DNA of 64,000 nucleotides from Leptogorgia sarmentosa (Eukaryota): NCBI GenBank assembly GCA_964658305.1, contig OZ210884.1, positions 7,130,001 to 7,194,000 of the forward strand, read 5' to 3'. Shown piece by piece: positions 37,726 to 49,597 of this stretch (position 1 is its first letter; each line of letters starts with the position of its first letter). The notes under the pieces were generated by a model. It saw only the letters and a program-made list of their open reading frames with translations, ran no database searches and was not told where the DNA came from. The position numbers and the translations under genes were made by a program.

Positions 37726-40700
37726 CTAATGTTCATAACCGTCTGATGAGCTTTTCGATCTTAAGGAACTCCATTTGTCAAGAACCCAATTATACAATCT
37801 AGTCTTTACCGTACCCCCTTCTTTCTGAATTGGTTTTCTTGGACGCTGGGGGATTGGGGCAACAGTTTCATGAAATTTCAGGTTTCGAGATGATCGAGAA
37901 ATTGAAATCCCTTCAAAAATATCCTTCAAAGTTTTGCCAAAATGTTTCAGGCCAAATAGTTCTTGTTGGAGTTGCTTTACTTGCTCAGGAGTGCACGTGG
38001 TAGTTGTTCCGCTGTCTATTGCTTCATCTAAGATCTGTTTCTCTTTTTTATATTCGGCTCGAAGATTTCTCAGTCGTTGTAAAAGCTCTTTGTTGCGCAA
38101 GATTTCATTTTTCTCCTCCTCATATTTGATGACAATATCAAGGTAATCTCCAACGGCATCGTTGTATTCTATGATAGCGTTATCTTTCAGAAATGCGCCA
38201 TATTTTGCGCTCACCTGCAAAATGGTTTTTTCTTCCTCTTGTAGCTCGCTTAACTTTACATCAATTTGCCTTTTGAATTCTTCTTTTTTTTCTTTCTCCG
38301 TGTTTTTCGCCATGATTTTCTGCTGAACATCATCTGAAATGAACACTTTCGAGACTTTTTCTAAGTTGTATGTCAGATGCATGTGGTGGTTAAAATGGTG
38401 GCCACATTTTTTACAGCTCGTTCCACGGATGCACAGGCAACCTTGCAACCTTGCGTCGTTCACTGTTTCTGTTTCAATTCCAGTCAAATCACAATGATCG
38501 TGACATGTCTGTTTGTAGTTCACCATCTGGGTGTTGGTTTTGCCAACAGCTACATGTTCAACACAGTCTGGGTGGGCACATACTGTCTTAGGATAACTGA
38601 GTTCGGTACGGACCAAATCCACTCCAGTGAATTGTAGGTTCTTTTCGAGATCGGCCATACCACGAGAATGAAAATTTATCTGTTCCATCGCGTCTTTTGC
38701 TGTTTGCATATTCTCTTGTATCGTCTTCGCAACTTCAGCCATCGGCTTGCTCATGGCCACGATCACTCTGCGAGATTCATTCATTCTGAGTGTGTCTCTA
38801 ATCTTGTGTGGAGGTATGCTAATGATGTGCCCAAACAATTTATTCGTCTCGTTTACTGCTCTATCCCAACTTGCGGCATATGTTCCGATATCTTCGTCGC
38901 TGAATTCGACCTTATTTTTAAGACATGCCAAGAATCGAAAAGGTTCGTTGTCAAAGCAGAAGTAATTATTTGGGTTAGCTGTTATTCCGATATTTTTCTC
39001 CTCCAACATTTTGTTCAATACAGGTAAAGTATCGCCAGGTTGGTAGAACGTGGCCCTTGCGTTCGTGAAACAGAACACGATATTTGTCTTCGCAGAAGTG
39101 TGCAATCGTGCAAGAAGCTCTTGAATGCAGAACCGGAACAATGCATTCAATCTTGAATTGTTAGGTTTCAACAATATGCAAACAGCATGGATTTCATCAT
39201 AGAAACTCAGGTACGAAAGGATGTTGTCAAAGTTGTCTCGATCGTGTTGAATACCTCGACAATCTCCTATTCCTGGTGTGTCAATCAGTCGGATTTTCCA
39301 ATCTCCAACGTGAAAGATATAAGATCTTGTCTCTTGCGTGGCCGATTGTCCTGGCTGAAGCACTTCGTTGTCAGAGACTTCTCCAATTCTAATTTCGACA
39401 GACTTGCCTTGTTTGGTGAATGTGAACTGCGATGGAATAAGAACAGGAAAATCATCTCCTTGTCTGGCGTCGTTCAAGTCAGCAAACGACAGGTAATTGA
39501 CGATCGCATTGATCCACGTAGATTTTCCAACACCAGTCTCGCCGAGAATTAAAATATTTTTCTCCGGCGTAACTCGTAGGGTGGCCAAATCGTCACGCAA
39601 AATATCTGCTGGGTATGGGATGTAATCAATGCCATGGGTGCTTTCATTGCAACGAAAGAGGGACTTTTGTGGATCTGATTGACCACATTTGCAATAAAAT
39701 AATTTACTTAGTAAGCCATATTCCACCATCTCTTGACATTTACTGCATTTCCAAGTGATAGCATCTCCCAAGCATTCTCCTGTGCCACTAATGGAATTTG
39801 GGCACTTTATCTTTACAGTAGCTCTTTCAGATGGTTTGGATGTACAAGATTGTGTATCATTGTGCTTCACCAAACACATATGGGTAGATTTACCATGTTT
39901 CTCGTAGACGTCATCGGAGGTCTTCTGACCATTCTTGTATTCTTCAATCACGGCTCTACTCTGCCTATTTCCCCAGAGGTCCGGCCTGATGTTCTCGTCA
40001 ACAACTTTAAAGTGGGCTCCTTGTTGCTGTGAGTAGGTTTTCTGTGATCGTAAGAAGAATTCCTGGTTTCGCTGGGTTAGTGTTGTATCTGCATCGGAAT
40101 TTGGTTTGTAAAAGACATATATTACTTTCGCGTCATCTGTAATCAATTGGTCTTTCTTTCCTAAATAATTTATACCCCTATTCTTCCAAGCTTTGATGGT
40201 ATTTACAGCGTTGAAATTCCCTTGAAACTGTCGTATATACGCCTCATACTTTGCCAAAGGAGAGGATTCAGCCATGGTTTCAGAAAGAAATTGGTCCAGA
40301 GATGAAATTTCTGCTTCTTCTCGACGAATCTTTGTGACTAGTTCTTGCAACTTGAACTGGAACGCGGACTCGTCAACAGTGATATCATCTATGTATTTGT
40401 CGATGGCAGATAAAGACATCTCAGGAACATAATCTCCAAACGCGTGTAAGTCTTTTTGTATATCGAACAATCTCTGTCTTTTCTTGATGACGCTTTCCAT
40501 GACTTGGGCGGCTCGTTTGATGATGTCTTCTCTGATGCTTGCGTAATGAAGCTCCAAAGTGACTTGGAGCCTGCAAATCTTCTTCACAGCTTCAAGAGGC
40601 ATCAACATGTACAACACTGGAACGCCTTTACCACCGTTGGTCTGTTTCACAATCTTTGGAAGATTTCTTGCCAGCTCTAATGCACCTTCGAATGTTGTAG

Positions 40701-42950
40701 GAAGTTCTTTGTCTGTCGTGGAAACATCACTCTTGCACTTGAATGTAAAGCTATCAAGCTTCTCCTTCTCATCATCTTTGTATTCAACACGTGCAGTCCC
40801 TTTAACATCAACGATTGCCTTTAGTTTTTCAAGATGAGCCCCTAAAGCTCCCTTGACGGTAGTCTCATCTTTTCCATCGGTGTTCTCGCAATGACACGTG
40901 ATCGAACATACTGCTCCCCAGTCAACTCCAACTACTACGTGAGTTGCCTGAAGATCACTACCAACCTTCAAAATTTCAATGTCGACTTTACCTTTATTCT
41001 GTCCCAGCATAAATTCCTCATTGATGGTTCTAATTCTGTATACTAAGGACATGCTTTGGGCTCGAGCGCTCTTCTTTTCTTCATTAAGGTAGGCACCGGA
41101 GCCGCTCAGCTTTACTAAACCTGCCAGCAGACTAAGCTGGAGCTCTGCTTCTATGTCTAATTTGTGAAACTTATCTTGGATGCTGTCGGACATGACCAGT
41201 TCGACTGACGTATCCCCAAGCTCCATTGTGTCCACAGAATCTTCATCAAGTTTGGTGTTAAACAACGAATCGAGCTATAAAATGAATGAGTAGACCAATG
41301 GATCATATATGTATACAATTATAACTTAATATCTATGTTACGAACGTGGTCCCTAAAATTAATATTTCCTGCATTTTGGCTCAATTTCTCTCGCAACAAA
41401 AATAACAGTGTGAGTTACGCTTATATAATTAACAATTATTGGATGAGGTTTTTGTGATATGCGAAATTATCAAGGTCGAGGTAAGCGTTATCAGCCGAGC
41501 CGAAGGCGAGGCTGATAACGGTTACCGAGACCTTGCTAATTTTGCATATCACAAAAACCGAATTCAATAATTGTTTTATTATACATTTGAAGAGTAATAA
41601 ACAAAGTATTGATGCATGAAAAACTTTATTTATGAAACCATACTGAAAACAGGCTCATTTTGTACCTAATTAGTTAACTGCTAGCAGATAACTCAGTTAT
41701 CTGCTAGCAGATAACTGGATTTCCTGTGGGTTGCGTGATTGCGCGAATTAACTGTATGCTCTTAGCCAATCAGATTGCTTTTACCATCTACAATGTATAA
41801 TAACTATATTTATTTCTTTAACCTAACAATTATTATGTGACCTATATAAGTAATAGCGTCTTTGGAATATAATATCAAATTACTTATATAACTATAAGTT
41901 CAACTTATCTCTCCTTTGTCTGAGCACAACTCTTTCGCCTATTTACGTAGCTGTAACTTTGTCTCTTTTACCCCCGACACTTCTACCGTATAATTTGTAT
42001 AACAAGGCGTTTAAGCCTTCGATCTATGTATTTTGTCCAACAAGACTCAAAGGTCTTGTATAACTTGACGATTTTAAAACAAAGCTCCGACCCCTTCTTC
42101 TTCCTCTCTCCTTTTAAAGAGTTGTGCTCCTTCTTATATATGGCTTGGAGAGGAACAGTTTTTTCATGCATTGTCATTTCCTTTGGGAGGAATTTGCATT
42201 TCTTGCGGTTACCTCTCCCATGTGTTACGCACTTGTGGTAACCAAGATTTTGCTTGCTCATGCATGACTAAACTAAAAAGCATTCATGCGTGAAACAATT
42301 TTCTAACTAAGCTTAAATAGTGTAAACATAATAAGAGTTATAACAAGGATATATAATAAGTATATATTTTATGGTATATAGTGACGTATAATGGTACATA
42401 CTATAATATAATATGAATTAACACTATAAACTATACATGATAATAGCAATCATGTAACATCTATATTTATAAATTAAATCATAAATTATGTTCGAAGATT
42501 AACGTGATGAAAAAACAGCAATTACGAGATTATAGCATACATTGACATTATATAATGAGCACATCATGAATATGTACACATCAGTCAGAGACGTCTTGAC
42601 CAACTTTGTTAATTAAAGAATTGGTAACTAGTAAGTAATAGGTGTAGTGTGGACACGCCCCAAGAAAGCGAGCATGTACGAACACGAATCTCGCAAATCT
42701 AATTCTCGTTGCCATGAGTCAGGCAAGCACAGAATTAAAAGCTTTCATCAGTGGATGCGCAAAACCAACCTCCGTGGTACATGAGACCCGCTACTGGTTT
42801 AGTACATATTACTTCAATGTTAAATTCAAAGACAACAAGAAAACAGCTCAAACTGAAACATACCAGAAATTCCTCTGTTCTGACGTCATAAAGTGCACCA
42901 ATTTTGGCAGCTCTTCCGAGTGCGGCTCTATTGATGACTGACTGGAACAT
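37726..42950 (-). CDS. 1211-aa stonustoxin/verrucotoxin-type MACPF/CDC domain fused to a Cys-rich module, P-loop GTPase (septin/AIG1-like), Cys/His-rich domain and coiled coil; 2 coding exons
   Basis: Exon 1 42950-42864 (MFQSVINRAALGRAAKIGALYDVRTEEFL) splices in phase 0 (GT 42863, AG 41276-41275) to exon 2 41274-37726. SNTX-like motifs: ALGR...G.LYD.R, LLAGLVKLSGSGAYL, ATHVVVGVDWGA, PTTFEGA, GVPV..MLMPL. GTPase motifs: GETGVGKS (39543-39520), QSATQ, LIDTPG, FTNA. Confidence 0.88.
41427..41803. mobile_element. Non-autonomous element with a long subterminal hairpin (Crypton-like), in the toxin-GTPase intron
   Basis: Imperfect palindrome 41431-41575 centred on GCCGAAGGC. The far end reads CCAATCAG...TATAATAA. 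Family assignment is by architecture only. Confidence 0.6.
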
Positions 42951-45577
42951 GGCACTGCCAGACTATTGACAACCAACTTTTTAACCAATGAAAATACAAA
43001 GCGTACGTTACCTAGAAAGCAATACAACATTTTTTAAATAATAACTACTGGGCAAAATAAAAGCTCGCTGATAAAAGAATGGTAACTCTGAAAAACATTC
43101 TTCGTAATTAATAGAGTGAAAATCAAGAGCGAGTAATCTAACTGTAAACAACAGCAAACGTCGCCAGCGTAGCTAAAACTTCATGATAACGAAAAGACGT
43201 AAATATGGGGGGGGGGGTCTGGTCCACCCCCCCCAAAGGCACTGGCAAGTCGGTCTAAAAATACGTACAACAGGTATAAAAAACAAAATTACGCAATAGA
43301 AGGATTAAAAAATTATCTCAAGACCGACTGCATTCATAGCAATAAATTAGTGATTATGCAGTTTACAAATGCTGTTATGCGGACAGGCGTCATTCTGTAC
43401 GTTCTGTATCTGCTAAATGATCTTTAATAGGATTGTGATTTTAACGCAATACGAGAGTATTGGCAAAAACGCAACTGACGTAAATTACGTGTGCCTAATG
43501 TATATTGCCAGGAATGTTATGGATATATTAGGGTAAAAATTAACAGCTCATTAATATTCAATTTTGTTCCTAAAGAAAATCCACTAGCCGCCACGAGCCG
43601 AAACCTAGAGTGGCTTGGGCACAGTTGCCCCAGCGGCTAATAAATTGTATTACTGCTTGTATGATAGCACTTCATGACGACGAAACAGAGTACTCATTTA
43701 TTCAATATTCACGTTTTTTATGAAGTGTATAATTTATGTAAATTTTCTACCTATTAAATGCATACCGGTAACTAGCTTAGTATATATTCTAGACCGACTT
43801 CTCAGATTATGATGTAGCATAATTTGTCCGTAGGCGCGTGAAGACAGTCATGCGTTGAAACAGTAATGAAACCGAAACGCCGCGCAGAGCTATTAACTCC
43901 TGCATGCGAGCGCGATCTAACGGACACGATCAATGTTGACGATCTTGCTAATTGTAAAATACTTGCTCTTAATTAAATTTAATATCCATTTTGAAAGCTT
44001 GTTTTAAGACCTTCCTTCTAACAGATAATATGCTCTCAGAATGCTAGAAATGCCATTTCCAAGACCCAAATTTCAAAATTTTCCCTCGGGGGCATGCCCC
44101 CGGACCCCTCTAGATGTCTCCTACCTATGGCACTCGAATCGGTCTACGTTATGATTTACATCCCCAGCCCCACCCCCCCCCCCCATCCCCCCAATCAAAA
44201 TCGATATGTACGCGCCCCTGTGTAGAATCAGAGAATGAACATTATAATATCGCACAAAATAGTAGAATCAGTGATTGCATGAACACAACGTATTCCACAA
44301 CAGTTAGAAGTCGAACATAAATCATTGAAATCGAAATGAGCAGTTTCATTTATTTTGTCTAAGATTAACGTGTAAACACAAGTGGACTACAAGACAACTA
44401 TCATGACAACTATCATGGGTGTTCATGAACTACTATTTATGGAATTACTGTAGCTACTAAATTAACCAAGTTTCTCTTAATGAACTTCATTGTATAATAA
44501 AATAATAATATAATAATAAATTAATTTATATAATTATATGATAATATTTGATAATAATATATTATAATAATATATGCAATGCATGTCTACACTAACCGAG
44601 ATCGAATCAGCAACATGCAATGTGTAGAATTGTCTTCGGGGACTGACCACTACCTTGAGACCTGTCAATAACCATAAACGCTCAATCATTTGCAGTACAG
44701 TTATTTTACCTCAATACCGTTACAAAAATTCTACTAGAGGCAATTAAGTCCATTCACATTACTACCTATTACTACTGAGAGCTCAACAAGGTCTTTTCAA
44801 CATACTAGTGAGTATACAGAAAAGATTATGTTAAATAGCTACTGATATTCAATACTTCGGTGCGACTGAAAACATATAATGTTGATCTGTTGAGTGCAAA
44901 AATGCTTCTACGCATACCGTTACAATTAAACTCACAGCAGTCAATTATACCAGTGGGAACAAAGAACGAACGTACCGAAGATTCGAAGAATATGTTGAGT
45001 GCAAAAATGCTTCTATACATACCGTTATAATTAAACTCACAGCAGTCAATTGTATCAGTGTGAACAAAGAACGAACGTACCGAAGATCGAAGAATATGTT
45101 GAGTGCAAAAATGCTTCTATACATACCGTTATAATTAAACTCACAGCAGTCAATTGTATCAGTGTGAACAAAGAACGAACGTACCGAAGATTCGAAGAAT
45201 ATGTTGAGTGCAAAAATGCTTCTACGCATACCGTTATAATTAAACTCATGCACAGCAGTCAATTATACCAATGGGAAGAAAGAACGAACAGAAGATCTTA
45301 CCTTGGGTTGAATGTATGCGGATGTATTTCTTATCTAAGCTTGTTGATGTGAGCAAATTTAATCGCTCTTGGTAAATCAGTTGTTTGAATTTTCCAATGA
45401 AATTTCTGAGTGACACGACATAGGTTAACAGCCTACCCCTCACAGGCCGGAATTTGAAGCAGTGTTTCCTTGTAACTCAATACCAAGTAAAGACACTCCC
45501 ATGACGCTGTCGTATGTTCATGACCGAAGTTCTGGGAACTGCAGACTAACTTCAAAACTGGCCCGCTCAGTCTTTTA

Positions 45578-46047
45578 GGCCCCTATTACACTATACCGGA
45601 TTGCATCGGAGAGGAGCGATTTTTATACCGGATTGGGCTGTTGATTACACTACGCCACTGTAATCCGGTACGTGCCGCGGAGCAAAAATCACTCCGCTTC
45701 TTTCGTGATACGAAGGCATGTGCCGTACCGGGAAAAGCCAAGTGTAATCACTAATCCGGTACGCTCAGGTGCATCTTTTAATTTTGCCGCGAAGGTTTTG
45801 AATTCATTACAATTTGTCAATTTCACTTCCAAAATGGTTGCCTTATACAAAATATTTTTATGTATGTATTGACTGCTGCAAGCGTGCTGCAAATAATGTC
45901 GTGTTTGTATGCCCTAAATATCCAACATTATACGATACGAAGACGTCTTCGACAGCGGAGCGGCGTAGTGTAATCGCTGCCATTTTTTTCATCCGTGTCA
46001 AAATTGATCCGGAACGAAAAGTAATCCGGTATAGTGTAATAGGGGCC
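45578..46047. mobile_element. 470-bp MITE, 25-bp TIR GGCCCCTATTACACTATACCGGATT, TA flanks
   Basis: Perfect terminal inverted repeats with TA on both sides. Confidence 0.9.
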
Positions 46048-49000
46048 TAAATCCTGCGTTGTTTTCATTATTTTAATAATTTTACGTCAGTTCAGATTTA
46101 CACCTCAACCAATTTTGGATATATATTATTTTTAAAAGCTATAGAATATAATTAAGTATTTGTCCAGGCACAATTTTTGAATTTATACAATTACCAGATT
46201 TACTCTCATTTTTTAGAGAGGGTCAGCAAAGCCAGCAATCACTAGTATATAAACATTGAAACCGAACGTAACGTTTGTATTTTGTCGAGTACAATTGTTG
46301 GTTGAATTATTAATAAGAGGTTTTAATAACTAACATGAGGAACTGTATTGAGTGTATTATTTGCGCGAATGCTGCAATCATAATAGACAATTAATTAGGA
46401 TACATGTTGCAGATTATCTATACGAGCGTATTCAAAATTTTCAGTTATCGTAATCCATACCGACATTTATGGAGTATCATAATGATAAAAATATACCAAT
46501 TATAACACATGACAATGCATGTCTACACAACTGAGATCGAATCTGCCACATGCAATGTGTGGAATTATCTTAGGGGACTCACCACTACATTAACGCTCAA
46601 TCATTTGCAGTACAGTTTGTTTTACATCAATACCGTTACAAAAATTCGACTAGAGGCAATTAAGTCCATTCACATTACTACCTATTACTGCTGAGAGCTC
46701 AACAAGGTCTGTCATGATCTGATGATCAGTTCAACATAGCTAGTGAGTATGCAGAAAAGATTATGTTAAATAGTTACTGATATTCAATACTATAACAATA
46801 CAAATAGCTACTGATATTCAATACAAAAATTCGACTAGAGGCAATTAAGTCCATTCACATTACTACCTATTATACTGCTGAGAGCTCAACAAGGTCTGTC
46901 AGTTCAACATAGCTAGTGAGTATGCAGAAAAGATTATGTTAAATAGTTACTGATATTTAATATTGTAACAATACAAATAGCTACTGATATACAATACAAA
47001 AATTCGACTAGAGGGAACTCTATTCACATTACTACCTTACTATTACTACTTTTTTTTACTACCTATTATTACTGAGAGCTCAACAAGGTTTGTCAACATA
47101 GTGAGTATACAGAAAAGATTATGGTTAAATATTCAATACTTTCAGTGCGACAGAAAACATATAATGTTGATCTGTTGACTGCAAAAATGCTTCTACGCAT
47201 ACCGTTACAATTAAACTCGCATTTTATACAAGTGGGAACAAGGAACGAACCGAAGATCTTACCTTGGGTTGAATGTATGCGGATAATCTGCTTTCTTATC
47301 TAACCTTGTTGATGTGAGCAAATTTACTCGCTCTTGTAAAACCAGTTGTCTGTTTTCCAATGAATTTCTCAGTCACAAGACATAGGCTAACAGCCTACCC
47401 CTCACAGGTACATTTGAGATATAAATGATTTTTCAAAGAGCAAATCACTATATTAATATCGCGTCGAGGGGTGTCGAAAAAGGTAATCAATCCAACTTTG
47501 GCATCATATTGTTCGTGGTATAAATGTAATTTATGCATATTTAGCCATAAAGATAAGGATCTCGGCTGTTATGAATGACATGTTTTTTGTAGTTTTTGTG
47601 CCATTTGGGCAAAACGAAGCATGGAATCTGTTAAAGATATTACTGGTCGAAATCGCTTATTTTCATTAGTGAAAATGTGGACTTAAGTTATTGAAAATTT
47701 ACTCCCTCTATGTAGAACTCAAAATGTCCAACTTCACTTCAAACGATTTGAATATGCATAATTATTAATAATCCTGGTGAGATCAGTAAACCAATTAAGC
47801 TGACATCTCTGCTACCATGACACATTCGTGATTAATGACATTTTTTCTTTTGTTATGCACTGTTGTTTTGTAGACACAGAGGTGAACTGACACAGAGGTG
47901 AACTGATGCGATGATATCGACCGCGGAGAACTTTATCGTTTTCATTACGTTCTTGCATATTTGTCCCCGCGTTCTCGTTCATGCAGCGCAACCTCTGTTC
48001 TATGTATAAAACCACTATAGTGTGCTTATTTTTTTATTTTTCTAACATGAGGAACTGTATTGAGTGTATTATTTGCGCGAATGCAGCAATCATAATAGAC
48101 AATTAATTAGTATACATGTTGCAGATTATCTATACGAGCGTATTCAAAATTTTCAGTTATCGTAATCCATACCGACATTTATGGAGTATCATAATGATAA
48201 AAATATACCAATTATAACACATGACAATGCATGTCTACACTAACTGAGATCGAATCAGCAACATGCAATGTGTGGAATTATCTTAGGGGACTCACCACTA
48301 CCTTGAGACCTGTCAATAACCATAAACGCTTAATCCATTTGCAGTACAGTTATTTTACCTCAATACCGTTACAAAAATTCGACTAGAGGCAATTAAGTCC
48401 ATTCACATTACTACCTATTACTACTGAGAGCTCAACAAGGTCTGCCAGTTCAACATAGCTAGTGAGTATACAGAAAAGATTATGTTAAATAGCTACTGAT
48501 ATTCAATACTTCGGTGCGACTGAAAACATATAATGTTGATCTGTTGAGTGCAAAAATGCTTCTACGCATACCGTTACAATTAAACTCACAGCAGTCAATT
48601 ATACCAGTGGGAACAAAGAACGAACGTACCGAAGATTCGAAGAATATGTTGAGTGCAAAAATGCTTCTATACATACCGTTATAATTAAACTCACAGCAGT
48701 CAATTGTATCAGTGTGAACAAAGAACGAACGTACCGAAGATTCGAAGAATATGTTGAGTGCAAAAATGCTTCTACGCATACCGTTATAATTAAACTCATG
48801 CACAGCAGTCAATTATACCAATGGGAAGAAAGAACGAACAGAAGATCTTACCTTGGGTTGAATGTATGCGGATGTATTTCTTATCTAAGCTTGTTGATGT
48901 GAGCAAATTTAATCGCTCTTGGTAAATCAGTTGTTTGAATTTTCCAATGAAATTTTTGAGTGACACGACATAGGTTAACAGCCTACCCCTCACAGGCCGG

Positions 49001-49127
49001 AATTTGAAGCAGTGTTTCCTTGTAACTCAATACCAAGTAAAGACACTCCCATGACGCTGTCGTATGTTCATGACCGAAGTTCTGGGAACTGCAGACTAAC
49101 TTCAAAACTGGCCCGCTCAGTCTTTTA

Positions 49128-49597
49128 GGCCCCTATTACACTATACCGGATTGCATCGGAGAGGAGCGATTTTTATACCGGATTGGGCTGTTGATTACAC
49201 TACGCCACTGTAATCCGGTACGTGCCGCGGAGCAAAAATCACTCCGCTTCTTTCGTGATACGAAGGCATGTGCCGTACCGGGAAAAGCCAAGTGTAATCA
49301 CTAATCCGGTACGCTCAGGTGCATCTTTTAATTTTGCCGCGAAGGTTTTGAATTCATTACAATTTGTCAATTTCACTTCCAAAATGGTTGCCTTATACAA
49401 AATATTTTTATGTATGTATTGACTGCTGCAAGCGTGCTGCAAATAATGTCGTGTTTGTATGCCCTAAATATCCAACATTATACGATACGAAGACGTCTTC
49501 GACAGCGGAGCGGCGTAGTGTAATCGCTGCCATTTTTTTCATCCGTGTCAAAATTGATCCGGAACGAAAAGTAATCCGGTATAGTGTAATAGGGGCC
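49128..49597. mobile_element. Second copy of the 470-bp MITE (duplicated with its flanks)
   Basis: Same TIRs and same flanking sequence as 45578-46047, so it was copied by tandem duplication rather than transposition. Confidence 0.9.

Noticed and set aside
37726..41274. Bacterial contamination or recent HGT for the 3.5-kb exon
   Set aside because: It splices in frame to an upstream exon through a canonical intron containing a host repeat. Older transfer or retroposition cannot be judged without a phylogeny.
44889..45270. ~105-bp repeats as a CRISPR-like array
   Set aside because: Whole units are near-identical with no unique spacers, there are no cas genes, and the context is eukaryotic; this is an ordinary minisatellite.
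45672..46050. Short ORFs duplicated at 45672-46050 and 49222-49600
   Set aside because: They lie inside the MITE and have no transposase or other recognisable motif.
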